64,000 nucleotides of DNA, from contig NIVC01000749.1 of NCBI GenBank assembly GCA_002269645.1, positions 1 through 64,000 on the forward strand, read 5' to 3'. The notes under the pieces were generated by a model, which saw only the letters and a list, made by a program, of their open reading frames with translations, was not told the DNA's origin and did not search any database. The stretch comes from Macrostomum lignano (taxonomy: Eukaryota). This document shows, piece after piece, positions 21,262 to 33,810 of the stretch (positions within the stretch are counted from its first letter, which is position 1; each line of letters begins with the position of its first letter). The position numbers and the translations under genes were made by a program.

Positions 21262-23309
21262 ACCGGATGGGATGTCTCGGCGATTCTAGTCGTCTGGGCC
21301 GACAACTTATCGATTGCAGTCGGTTTGGTCCGGAGCTGAACTTCGGGCTCCATTCCAGAGCCTTAAGTTGACACGAGATCCCCATTTTATCCCCTTTATC
21401 CCCTGGGACCCCAAGGAAGGGAGCCGGATGGGATGTCTCGGCGATTCTAGTCGTCTGGGCCGACAACTTATCGATTGCAGTCGGTTTGGTCCGGAGCTGA
21501 ACTTCGGGCTCCATTCCAGAGCCTTAAGTTGACATGAGATCCCCATTTTATCCCCTTTATCCCCTGGGACCCCAAGGAAGGGAGCCGGATGGGATGTCTC
21601 GGCGATTCTAGTCGTCTGGGCCGACAAGTTATCGATTGCAGTCGGTTTGGTCCGGAGCTGAACTTCGGGCTCCATTCCAGGGCCTTAAGTTGACATGAGA
21701 TCCCCATTTTATCCCCTTTATCCCCTGGGACCCCAAGGAAGGGAGCCGGATGGGATGTCTCGGCGATTCTAGTCGTCTGGGCCGACAAGTTATCGATTGC
21801 AGTCGGTTTGGGCCGGAGCTGAACTTCGGGCTCCATTCCAGAGCCTTAAGTTGACATGAGATCCCCATTTTATCCCCTTTATCCCCTGGGACCCCAAGGA
21901 AGGGAGCCGGATGGGATGTCTCGGCGATTCTAGTCGTCTGGGCCGACAAGTTATCGATTGCAGTCGGTTTGGTCCGGAGCTGAACTTCGGGCTCCATTCC
22001 AGAGCCTTAAGTTGACATGAGATCCCCATTTTATCCCCTTTATCCCCTGGGACCCCAAGGAAGGGAGCCGGATGGGATGTCTCGGCGATTCTAGTCGTCT
22101 GGGCCGACAACTTATCGATTGCAGTCGGTTTGGTCCGGAGCTGAACTTCGGGCTCCATTCCAGGGCCTTAAGTTGACATGAGATCCCCATTTTATCCCCT
22201 TTATCCCCTGGGACCCCAAGGAAGGGAGCCGGATGGGATGTCTCGGCGATTCTAGTCGTCTGGGCCGACAAGTTATCGATTGCAGTCGGTTTGGTCCGGA
22301 GCTGAACTTCGGGCTCCATTCCAGGGCCTTAAGTTGACATGAGATCCCCATTTTATCCCCTTTATCCCCTGGGACCCCAAGGAAGGGAGCCGGATGGGAT
22401 GTCTCGGCGATTCTAGTCGTCTGGGCCGACAAGTTATCGATTGCAGTCGGTTTGGTCCGGAGCTGAACTTCGGGCTCCATTCCAGAGCCTTAAGTTGACA
22501 TGAGATCCCCATTTTATCCCCTTTATCCCCTGGGACCCCAAGGAAGGGAGCCGGATGGGATGTCTCGGCGATTCTAGTCGTCTGGGCCGACAAGTTATCG
22601 ATTGCAGTCGGTTTGGTCCGGAGCTGAACTTCGGGCTCCATTCCAGGGCCTTAAGTTGACATGAGATCCCCATTTTATCCCCTTTATCCCCTGGGACCCC
22701 AAGGAAGGGAGCCGGATGGGATGTCTCGGCGATTCTAGTCGTCTGGGCCGACAACTTATCGATTGCAGTCGGTTTGGTCCGGAGCTGAACTTCGGGCTCC
22801 ATTCCAGAGCCTTAAGTTGACATGAGATCCCCATTTTATCCCCTTTATCCCCTGGGACCCCAAGGAAGGGAGCCGGATGGGATGTCTCGGCGATTCTAGT
22901 CGTCTGGGCCGACAAGTTATCGATTGCAATCGGTTTGGTCCGGAGCTGAACTTCGGGCTCCATTCCAGAGCCTTAAGTTGACATGAGATCCCCATTTTAT
23001 CCCCTTTATCCCCTGGGACCCCAAGGAAGGGAGCCGGATGGGATGTCTCGGCGATTCTAGTCGTCTGGGCCGACAAGTTATCGATTGCAGTCGGTTTGGT
23101 CCGGAGCTGAACTTCGGGCTCCATTCCAGAGCCTTAAGTTGACATGAGATCCCCATTTTATCCCCTTTATCCCCTGGGACCCCAAGGAAGGGAGCCGGAT
23201 GGGATGTCTCGGCGATTCTAGTCGTCTGGGCCGACAAGTTATCGATTGCAGTCGGTTTGGTCCGGAGCTGAACTTCGGGCTCCATTCTGGTGCTTAAGTT
23301 GACATCCCC
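21262..23309 (-). repeat. 161-bp tandem array, ~13 units, inverted (right arm)
   Basis: Reverse complement of the left array, with exact 161-bp periodicity from 21353 to 23285. Confidence 0.97.
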
Positions 23310-24174
23310 TTTATTGTAATCCTCATGCAAGTTATATGTAATTGACGTGCCATTTTTGTGCAGTTAAATTTCAAGAAAATATCCTACCGAAATTGCAACT
23401 AAAGTGCAATTTAGCTTAGGCTTCTCGCAATTAAAAAGAACAATTCACTTGTAATTCGCTTGCAAGAATGGCGAAATTATTGCGTCTCCGACTGCAATTT
23501 TTGGTAATTCTGCGCAATTTTGTTTATCTAGTGTTACAAAATATTTTTTTAAAAATGGTGCTTCATATCGGCAGCGGATTATTTATGCTTCTAATTTCTT
23601 TTATCCGCGACTTTTACTGCCTGCAATGGAACGTTTTAATTTGTTCAGTTGCAACTTTTATGTTCATTCTTATTCTGCAATACATAATAATACTATAGTA
23701 CACTATACAGTTTTTGTGCGGCTCCAAAATACTTCCTCGTCGAATAGTTTCTTTTGTAGTGACCTTCGCGAAAGTTCTATACCGTATGATGTTTATTTCC
23801 TGAAAATTCTGCAATACAGTACGAGTTAAATTCTAGAAAATTCTTTATCTAGCTATCTCTAATCACGTAGTAAATATTTCTACTCATTAAATATTTAATT
23901 ACTGTAATTCGTCATTATACAAAATATGAATACCGTACGTACGATACTTACTATATAATTTGTTTTAATGCGCTAGAACGATTCCAGAAATTTCCGGAAG
24001 GTCAAATTATAGTATAAATATACAGTAGCCAAACCAGCATTTTTCTCCAAGCCTCTTCGATATTCAAGCAACTCAAGTGCTAACCAAAGAAGCAAAACAA
24101 AGGCGAACCACCGCCTAGCTCTACCTTCTTCATTTCCTAGCCGCTACAATTGGTCCGGTGAGGCGACACCAAAG

Positions 24175-25095
24175 ATGTCCAACGAAGACTCAATTCAACC
24201 CGAAGCCGACGCACTCCAGGGTCAGGACGCCGCGAACGACGACGCTGCGCCAACTGGTCAACCAGCAGTGGCAGCTGTAGCTGTCAAGCCACCACCCTTC
24301 TATCGGACAAACCCAGAAGCGTGGTTCTGCACTCTGGAGGCGCAGTTTAACTTAGCGCACATCACCTCTGAGAAAACTAAGTTTTTTCATCTGGTCGCCC
24401 ATTTACCCGAGGACATCGGCTCGGTCTTCCTGTCCAGGGATTCGCTATCGTCAGCTAATGCGCAGAGCTACACCAACCTGAAGAAAGGCGTCTGCAACAT
24501 GCTGCAGAAGAGCCAACAAGAAAAAATCAATGAAATCCTAGCAACCTCAGACCTCGGCGGAGATAAACCTTCGATCTTTCTCCTGGTCGCCAAGATGTCG
24601 CAGTGCGGACTAAATTTTACGACGTGCCCGGATATGGTCAAAGCAACCCTGCTCCGCTGCCTACCCAGCGAGTTCCGCATCGCACTGTCGGGTTTCCAAG
24701 GCCAATCCCCTACGGAGATCGCCACCATCGCCGACGCGATGTTCAGCGTCCAGAGTACCGGCGGGAAGATCAACGCAGTAGGGCAGCTCGGAGCAGCGCA
24801 GCCTGTCGCTGCCATCCCAGCTCTGCACACCCACGGCTCATCTGCGACACGGGGGCCACCTCGCAACGATGTGCCACCGTTCCGACCTGGTCAACGTCCA
24901 GTCGTCTGCCGCGAGCACGTCTTCTACGGCCTGCAGGCGCACACATGCCGCCGGTGGTGTCAGTTTCCGAAGTTGCCGGGACACCAGCCACGCGTCCTTA
25001 GCAACCGCGAGTCAACGTCCGCCCAGTCTCGCTCTAACTCGCCTGTGCGTCGCGGTCCGGGAAACTGGGCGGCGCTGCCCAACACGCGGCAGTAA
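24175..25095 (+). mobile_element. Gypsy-type gag ORF (306 aa), pol deleted
   Basis: KPPPFY..NPEAWF..LEAQF...TKF, LGGDKPS, LP..RIAL and CREHVFYG..AHTC..WC finger; GGGAAAC near the end, then an abrupt switch to AT-rich DNA. Confidence 0.82.
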
Positions 25096-25852
25096 ATTAA
25101 AATTAAATTAATTTTACTGATAAATTTAAATTATCCGTGATGACATTATTCTTTATTCTTTGTTAACTCCAAACCCATTGGATAAGTTCTGAAATTTTAT
25201 TTCTTTAAACTTTTTAGTAAACAAGTCACCTAAATCAGTTTGAAATGTGAGAAGTATATATAGCTTGTATAAAACTTTGCATATTTGAAAGTACTTGAGA
25301 AGTAAGTCGAGAAAACATTGCATACTTGCCACGAGGTTGCATTATTGACTTACGAAGTACTTAGCAAGTTTGGTTTTTTTTTCTCGGGTTAGGTCCCAAA
25401 TCACAAGTCATGGCTTTTTAGTCTTCAATTTAGTCGTAGTCTTAGATATAAGTTGGACTCTCAATCTCAGCGAGTCAGTTTGATAACCTCAGTCAGTTCA
25501 AAGACAACTTAATCACTTAGGACGGGAGTCTCGCCATTCGTGGTGATTGAGTCAGTTACTTTTTGTGGGAACAGATAGGTTTATGGCACTGTTTTCGGGC
25601 ACAGCAAAAGATATTCAATTCGTACTACTCGTTAGTAGACGATCTGCTATACAACACCGTAATTAACGGCAAGTAGAAAAATTAAACCCTAGCACGTTTT
25701 CATCAATTTCAAAGGTTTTTAAGGTAAGTCAGGCTGAATATTATGAATCTACTCCAGTAGCTGGGTAGATATTTGGCACCTGTCTAATAATCATCCTGGA
25801 TAATAATCATAAAAATTTAAATTGAACCAGCCACTGAAAAAAATGCCCGAAC

Positions 25853-26151
25853 CTGTAGGACTCGATGAAGCCCATGTAGGTCTCCACAGCCGGTCCCTTG
25901 TCGCGAATCCAGGCCCTTGACCCGGCCTTGTGCTCGTCGATGCTGCCGCCGGCGAACGAAGCCGCGTAGCGACGCAGCATCTCCGCTTGGTTGGCGTTGA
26001 GCGCAGCGGCTTCGGCGTTGCGCAGATGCGGCAGCGCCAGCGACATCAGCTCGCGGTAGTCGCCCCGCTCGACACTGAACTTGCCGCTGCGACCGCTGGC
26101 CTCGTCGGTGAAGTCGGTCGGCTCAGCCACGACGCTCGACTCTGCAGAAGC
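25853..26151 (-). CDS. DPP3: Dipeptidyl peptidase III, copy B, exon 3
   Basis: Near-identical to 3099-3397; canonical AG/GT; 299 nt. Confidence 0.93.
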
Positions 26152-26184
26152 CTGACGGATGAGTCGGGAAGAAGCGATGAGGTT

Positions 26185-26551
26185 TTTTTTATTAGATTAG
26201 AGGCAGGGGGTTGTGTACACCCTGGCGCACTTTAAGCGACATAGGCACACAACCGGTGAGAGGCATTACTGCCCATTCCGCCGACTCCCTGAGCAGGCAT
26301 ACAAGCGCGCGGATACGTACGCAGGCACACACTCACACAGGAGTGTACAGCGGCCCTAACTTTATATTATCGTTAGGCATGTACACTTCACTGCGCCTTG
26401 GGGGGTTGGCTCTCAAGGCCGTTAATTGCACGAGCAGAGCCAAGCCGAGATTCCAATTCAGCCCCAAATTAATGTGACTGCACTTGGAATCGAGCCTGGG
26501 TCGCTGGCACACCAGAGCAGCTGCGCTACCGCTGGGCTACGGCCCCCCTTG
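26185..26551 (-). mobile_element. Full-length tRNA-derived SINE (family 2) with 12-bp TSD
   Basis: tRNA-like head ggggggccgtagcccagcggtagcgc...ggctcgattcc and poly(A) tail; agcgatgaggtt duplicated at 26173-84 and 26552-63; the empty site is present in DPP3-A intron 2 (~3419-3430). Confidence 0.88.
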
Positions 26552-27319
26552 AGCGATGAGGTTGCCCATTGGTTTTTAATTAGCGCGGCTCTAAAACAGT
26601 TTCTGAATCTGAAGAGCCACAAAATTACAACTGCCTCAACGTGCCTTGACTTCAGTGCCGAAGCATATATGGCTGATTTTCTCGCCCTCCGATCAATAGG
26701 CGGAATAGCCACACTGTAGACACAAAGACTAGGTTTAGGCTAGGCGTAAAGTCTCAAGTTCGAGTCTGCCTCCCCGCGGACAGTTAAAATTGAATTTTTT
26801 TATTCATTTGTAGCTTGTGCATCGACTGATTGGAACATTTTTTGTTCAATTAGCAAGGCACACTTATTGAATTAAATTTGCTATTCGGCACAAGTCGCAT
26901 ATCAAGGCTGACGGGGGGGATTACTGAGATTGCTTGCCTTCGGCAGATGCTTGCTATTTAGGGATATATGCTACAGGGGATGCTTTCTATCGGAGGATGC
27001 TTGCTATCTTGGGGTTTTTGAAATCGAAATCTGAATAAGAAAGAGATTAAATAATGCTATAGTGGAAATTTTCATGACAAAGACAGCCCCGTGGATTTTT
27101 TGAGTGGAACAACCAAGGGATGGAGTTAGGATGGCAAGCTCCGACTGGGGTTGGAATTGGCTAGTCCACTCTACTATTACCAAATATATAGTTGTGTTGG
27201 CCGAATTTCATAAAATTTAGCTGTCGCAAACTTTTTTATCTTGATTGTACATTATCTGCTATTGTACATTATTATTATTATTATTATTAGATTAGCATTC
27301 AGTTATGTTAATGTGGTCA

Positions 27320-28054
27320 TGTATCGAGCGGCTAGTTTAGTGTTAGGCGTCGCCCTACTGTCAGCAGTTTCCCTCGCACCGCTTTGGGTTGCTGTCTGCC
27401 CCTGGGCAGCTTCCCCTTTTTTGGTCATACTGTGCTCCGTTCCTTTCCCTTTGCTCTGCGTTCTTGTTTGCAGTCATGGGCATCTCTGCTGTGGTTTGCT
27501 CTTGTTTCGCTTCTGTCCTGAGGTCACGGCAGTAGCCTGTTTTCCCTTGTCACGTGAGCAAGTCACATGACAAGCCAAGCCTAAAGTGCAGCACACATAT
27601 TTTTTTGTTTATTTCTGTTTATTTATTCAATTTTTATTTTTGTTAAGGATTCTCTATTTTCTCGGATATCTCAATTTCTCCGTACAGTTCAATTCAGTTC
27701 GTCTCCGCTCGCGCGTGTGCGTACATTTGAACACTTCTGTTATTGGCCTGACTGTCCATTCAAAGGCACCAAGCCAACAAGAGGCTAACTCTGCCCTCCC
27801 AACCGCCCATTGAGCCCGACAGGATCTGCTGACGAGACGCCTTAGTACGTTGAGCTGCAAATCTGCACGAGGTGCTGTGTTCGCTCGTCTGCTATTTCTT
27901 CGCGAAGGAAGGTCACCTCACCGAAGGCCGAGACCAAACGGGCTGGTGGCAGAACTAACTACGCTACTAGGAGAATGCTTCCAAGAGGACGCGCGAGACT
28001 TAAGTATAACTTAAGTGCCAGTAAATTGGGAAGCTAAAGCTCTGTACTTTAGCA
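27320..28054 (+). mobile_element. Solo LTR related to the LTR of 10441-15131
   Basis: TG...CA with gtca duplicated (27316-19, 28055-58); shares blocks such as gctagtttagtgttaggcgtcgc and gtacgttgagctgcaaatctgcac with 10441-11320. Confidence 0.82.
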
Positions 28055-28199
28055 GTCACGTTAATTGCCTGAGGAATTTAAGATATCGTGGAGACGTTTA
28101 ATTCCAACTAATGAGACTCTTTTATTTCAGTCAGCAAAATTCCGCAAAAGTTTCCTTGACTTTCTTTCTTTCTTTCTTTCCTGACTATCATTCAGTTTA

Positions 28200-29439
28200 C
28201 GACTGGCAAGCAGCAATGCGCCATCATCAATGACGACGACGACATTGATGGCTATCGAACTGTTGGCCATCCAGTGTCTGTCATCACCGCAAACACGAAT
28301 AAAAAACGGCTACTCGTCATCTAGCCAAAATCGTCAAGGGTCCGTATGCCTCATTAAACCAAGTAAAAAAAATTTCAAAACTCTGCCAAACCGCCGCAAA
28401 TTCACAGGATCTGCAGACAGTGGTAGAAACCTGCCCGAAAAAAGAGGAGCAACTCCGGAACCTCAAAAGTGAAAACTCGGCTCTTCATCAGGAGCTCGCT
28501 GTGTCATTCGACAATTCACGGCCTGGAGCAGCAGCTTGACACCCAACAAAAGACGAGTCAAGATTTAATAAAAGAAATCACCGACTCGTAAAGTTCGTGC
28601 TGCGCAGTTGAAACGGCGCGCACTTCTCTCCGTTTTCGCGGCTATTGCTGCTCCAGCCAACGACGACAAAGGCGACACAGATGATGAAAATGAGAATAGC
28701 AAAGCCACGCCTTCTGACATCCAGGCACAACTGCTGCGCAACGTAGCACAGCATGCTGGGTCGTCTAAAAACCATGACCGGGTTCTTGTGCCCCTGTCAG
28801 TCGCTCTGACGCACACTTTGGTATGCAGGGGTTCATTATATTGCGTACGTACATTAATAGGTGTCGGAAATTCAGTTTGAATTTCTTACTCCGGTATTTT
28901 ATTCACAACACCCGAATTGAATTTGTCTGCTTTTCAAATAATGAATACATAAATTATTATGACAATGAATGAATGAAAACGTATTCATTAAAATAAGCAA
29001 CAGGTGCGTTCAATCTACCGAACTATATAAACGACGTAATAAGCAAGTATAAGACGGCAGCCAACATCGACGCTGTTTGCAAAGTTTTTGGAAACCTGCG
29101 CACCTTCATTAGAGCGCTTTCTCCAAAGAGGACCTTGTTAATTTGTCCTTTACAGGCCGCAGCTAAAGCGACGCAGTGCGTCAACCCGCGGACGCCCATA
29201 GGCTGGATGTCATTGTTACACATCTAAACAATAATGGCGTCGAAGTAGCTCGGAAGGAGCTGCAGCGGGTTTACGCGGCCTGTGTCGATGCCGTTTGGCA
29301 GGCCCAAAAGCGCAAGGCCCGCTTGCCGTCCAATGCCAATGCCAATGCCAAGCTGCACAACCAAAGCGCTGCTACATGTTCCGCTAGTGCAGCCACCGAC
29401 GCCGGTTTAGCAAAGAGCGGTAATGGTTTAGTGTTGTGA
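28200..29439 (+). pseudogene. Decayed spliced gene: coiled coil plus BEN-like domain
   Basis: Frameshift-corrected NLRTFIRA.FSKEDLVNLSFTGR...QPADAHRLDVIVTHL...VYAACVDAVWQAQKRK fits the BEN pattern (F..EEL...S.TG...LD); donor ~28821, acceptor ~29002; stops and frameshifts present. Confidence 0.45.
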
Positions 29440-30660
29440 GAAGCTTTTAAAAGTGGAAAATCGTTTAAATTTCAGTGTAGTACGCTCGTATACTTTAGTA
29501 TACACTGAGTATCAGAAAAGGGTGCGCTTTCGGATAATTTCTAGAATTTTGAGACAGGCCAATGGCGTAGGGGTGAGTACGGTAGTACCGTAACAAGGCA
29601 AGTTAGCAGAGAGCAGAGAGCGCAACTGACAGTGCATAGTGGAATGACACCATTGCCAATTGTCGGGATTGCCTCTAGAACTTCTGTCCTTTACTTAAAA
29701 AATTATATTAAATCGATGAAAATCGGAGCTATATACACCGTCCTATTTCTCCACAGATAAAAGCCCACGTTTTTTTGGGTCAAAGTCGGAGTTGTTCGGA
29801 GCTACGGCGGAAGCTACGGCGCTAGTTCCGGTGCCAGCTACGGCGGCAGCTACGGCGCCAGTTCCGGCGCCAGCTACGGCAACAGCTACGGCGCCAGCTA
29901 CGGCGGCAGTTACGGCGCCAGCAGCGGCGGCAGCTACGGCGCGGCCAATAACAATGGCGCGGCCAGCTACACCGCCAACTTTGGCACCCATGCAAACCGG
30001 AAAGACCGACAGCTAGCCAATCCGGCGAGCGAGAGCTGCGCTGAAAGAGTCTGTAAGAGCTGGGCAGGACTAAAAGTGCCCTTTTTGTACAGGGTGCGTT
30101 GTGCGCAGGTCGAGATTTGCGCAGCACGTTAAAGTGTGCCATCGCCTTGTGTACGAAAACTTTCTGAAAGAGCATGATGGCGATGCTTTAAAAGTGAACC
30201 ATGCTCTGAGGGCTTTTATAAAGGCGAAGGACGAGCAAAGCAGGTAAGCAGGTAGGCTTTTGGAGGTAACCACAAAATCATTTAGAAATGGGGTTTTAGA
30301 ACTGTAGTCTATAGTTTCTAAGACTTACTGGTAGTGATACTGCTTTTATTTAATATTATTATCAGCTTTATTTATTGATAATTATTATCAATTGTTATCA
30401 ACATTATCTTAACTATTTTCATAATGCTTAGCTTCAGTTATAACTTAATGAGGAGCTGTTTGTGCTACCTTGGCAGAAAATAATTGTCCTAGCAAAATCT
30501 AAAATTCTGCAAACTACGAGTATGCCAATTGGCATATTATTTTCCTCAACTGTCCTTTTGGCATAGTTGGCAGTTATGACATGATGTGAGTCAAGATTAA
30601 GATAATAAGCGGTGCATAGTTATTGTTTGTATTTGACGGTTGAATCATAAATCTTGAGCG

Positions 30661-31410
30661 CGTAGCTCTAGACGGGGTCTTGAGGGGAAGAAGGGGTGAA
30701 ACCAAGAGGGGAGCTCTGCGAAGAAATAGTGTAATTCCATAGACTAACTAAACAGTAACAGAACAAAAACAATAATGCTATAGACTGAGCTCTAATGCAC
30801 AACATGTCCCCTTCACGGAACAAAGGGCTTGGACCCTCCTGTCCCGTAGCAGGGGTACCCGGATCTTGGTCGACGTTCGGAACTGGAGCATCGGTTTCAT
30901 AGCCCTCCTATAACTGCATGGCCTCTAGCACGCGTTGCTGCTCCCGACTGTCTCGAAGTCCAGCGATCAGCGCCATTCGAATCAACTCTTCCGATGGGCT
31001 TTGGCTCGAGCGTAGAGTCGAATTTGCAATCGATTGCAAAGCCGAAGCCGGCTCACAAAGTCGCCAATGGACTCGCTAGGCGCTTGACGAACGTTGAAGA
31101 ACCGCGCCCGCTCCGCCACAGTCAGCTTCTCTCTGGGTCGTAGGTAGTCCAGGAGTGTTTTCTCAATGTCCGCAAACGACAGGTCGGCTACCGACCGAGA
31201 CACAAGATCTCGTGGAGACGCAAGATCTTGCAATTTTTCAAGTGCAGTCAGACAGCAATAAGCTAGGAAATTGTCGGCGATGCATTTCTTTTCTGCAGTG
31301 TCAGTCCATCCTTTCGCTCTGGCCAACGCTTGGAAGGCAGTCAGCCATGTTTGCGCCCTCTCCGGCTTTTCCAGCGGCAGGTTGCCGAGTTGCGATGCTA
31401 TTGATGTGAG
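30661..31410 (-). mobile_element. Internally deleted Gypsy fragment (gag piece, PPT, short 3' LTR)
   Basis: AERARFFNVRQAPSESIGDFVSRL gag motif; gaagggga purine tract, then TGTTGTGCA LTR start at 30804. Confidence 0.7.
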
Positions 31411-33520
31411 TCTATAATTATGCTAATCAGCATATTACTATGCCAGACAGAACAAAAGACAATTTTTACATACTTATTCGAATATAATTGTGCCACAACT
31501 GTGCCATAACTGTCAATGAAGCCCATTTTTGTTACTAATTAAGAATTATTTTTGTGTTTTTTCTCTGTTTTTCATATGCCATTTGACAAAGTCAAGGGAA
31601 AAATATTTCCTGATGTGTTTGTGTCCCATTCTTGCACTATCTAAAAATTCTTAATTTCTTTTTTTTCGATATTTAAAGATGCACAAAAAGTGTCAATGCC
31701 TTGAATAAAATTTTATTCCTTATTATTCCCTAACTCTAACTCTCTAAAAAACACAGTCTAAACAAAGGCATTAAAAATTGCAGGACAAAAAGCATGCGCG
31801 CCTTATAAGCGATGAGCAGGTATCGGCGCTCATGGCTTTCAAGAGGCAACTGCTGGCCGAAGCTGAAGCCGAAGAAGATCAGGCAAAAGGCATCAGCGAC
31901 AAGGAGATGCTTGCTGTCGGAATGGTCATTTGTTTCGGCGAGGGAAATGCTAATTGACAGGACGTAGCCTGCAATTTTTACATTGCTGGAGGTGCGGCAA
32001 TGGGCCGAGCATCCTGAGAATGAACTTTGGGTGAGCCTCCTACGAATTTATTTAATATGCACTAAGTAATGCCTAGAGTAAAAGTGGCTTTAAACTGTTC
32101 CTTTTTGCAATTGAATTCGTCACAACTACAAAACATTTCGTCCCCTAGACTAACATAGATAGTTAATTAATCTTCTAATACTGATACTATTAAAGTCTAA
32201 GATAAGTTTAAAGTCGTTATTAAATAAATTAGACTGAGAACGAAAAGTTTTGCAAACTGGGATGAAACAGCGCAAACGCTACTGTCTATGGCATATTCTG
32301 AATTAAGCTCTCGTTTTCGTAGATAAAGTATGTCGCAGTTTGAAAGAATTAAATTGCCAAAAGTTATACTAGAAGTACTAGAAGCACACAATATCTTACA
32401 TTACATGTTCCATTAATCCACCCGCATAAAATTAGGACACTCACAATTTCCAGAAGGGTCACTTTCAAATGAACTTGTATTGTCATGCACTACAAACTCA
32501 GCAGTATAGTGTATATAGCAGTATATATAAAGTGTGCTTATGTTTAGATCAGAGAATGGTAAGCATTATAAAAAAATCTACTTGGTTAGGGACAATTTTG
32601 TCAAGCCAAAAATGGTTAAATTTTTTACGATTTCTCTAAAGCTGTGCAATATTTTCTAATTTAATTCAGGTGGCCAACCACAAGACGATGCAGTACTTTG
32701 GCGCTGCGGAACTAAATGATCTTGAGTGCCGCAGCCTGCTCCTACGCCTGCTTCAACGAGGCGAAAGCCAAAACCCAACTGCCGAGGACGCTGCAAGTCC
32801 GTTCATTAAATTCAAGTATGGCAGCTTCGAAGGAATGTTCCGAGAATACAGGACTCGGTTCAGCAAGTTATTGCACAATGTAACATGTACAAGCTTTCGT
32901 GTGTTTATTGAAACGAAAGTGAGTATGCTGTTTCTTAAATTTTATAAACAATTCTTTTGTGTGCCTCTTACTTCTTATCACTGCGAGTCAGCGATTTCTT
33001 CCCTTCTTAGTATTGTGACCTAGCTAATTTGCAATCGACAAGCGAGGGATATTTATGGATAGTTCTTTTATGTATATTTAGTTATATAATTATTTACACT
33101 AACAAATAGTCTTTAATATTTATCCTTAATGTCAGAAATTATAAATTTCGATTGTTAATTTGTTTATTAACTTTTACTCATATCATTTTTCCAGGCTCTC
33201 CTGGCTGGAGAAGATAAACAGCTAGTGGCTGACTGACTACCATACTCCAAAAGTGGCACGTGATGCATATCAAGTGCACACGGACTGCTACCGAAGAGCG
33301 GGCAGCGACGTTCTCATGAAGGCAAATGAAGCGTCGACTGGCCAGGTAATTGGAATTAAGAAATTAAAATAATTCTTTCACTAGCCTTTACGAAAATTAT
33401 TTCATTATTATTATATTTGATATTAGAAAGTATATAAAAGCCGTCGAACCTTCTGCCCAGTTTAGGTTGCCAGCAATCTGCAAGCAGCAGTGCCACAATG
33501 CCGTTTCACAGATGCGAAAC

Positions 33521-33810
33521 CGGCTGAGGCCAAGCGCTGCCGGCCGCTTAGCGACGCCACAGCCTCTGGCAACGAGACATCGGCTGAGGCCAAGCGCTGC
33601 CGGCCGCTTAGCGACGCCACAGCCTCTGGCAACGAGACATCGGCTGAGGCCAAGCGCTGCCGGCCGCTTAGCGACGCCACAGCCTCTGGCAACGAGACAT
33701 CGGCTGAGGCCAAGCGCCGCCGGCCGCTTAGCGACGCCACAGCCTCTGGCAACGAGACATTGGCTGGGACAAAGCGCCGCCGGCCGCTTAGCGACGCCAA
33801 AGCCTCTGGC
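33521..33810 (+). repeat. 60-bp coding tandem repeat, ~4.8 units (AEAKRCRPLSDATASGNETS)
   Basis: Exact 60-nt periodicity, in frame with the downstream PWWP motif. Confidence 0.95.

Larger units (their letters stand above)
16248..23309 (+). mobile_element. PHIS-superfamily (PIF/Harbinger-ISL2EU-Spy-like) DNA transposon with satellite-array inverted arms, encoding a transposase-USP fusion
   Basis: Termini GGGGATGTCAACTTAAGCACCAGAATGG and its exact reverse complement; flanks AAA and TTT, with no TSD evident; inverted arms 16248-17403 and 21183-23309; one central ORF. Confidence 0.88.

Noticed and set aside
16248-23309. 161-bp arrays as CRISPR-like arrays
   Set aside because: Units are contiguous and near-identical with no unique spacers; there are no cas genes and the context is eukaryotic.
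16272-23330. Repeated 122-aa ORFs (MEPEVQLRTK...)
   Set aside because: By-products of a 161-nt period (not a multiple of 3); no domain, and mirrored on both strands.
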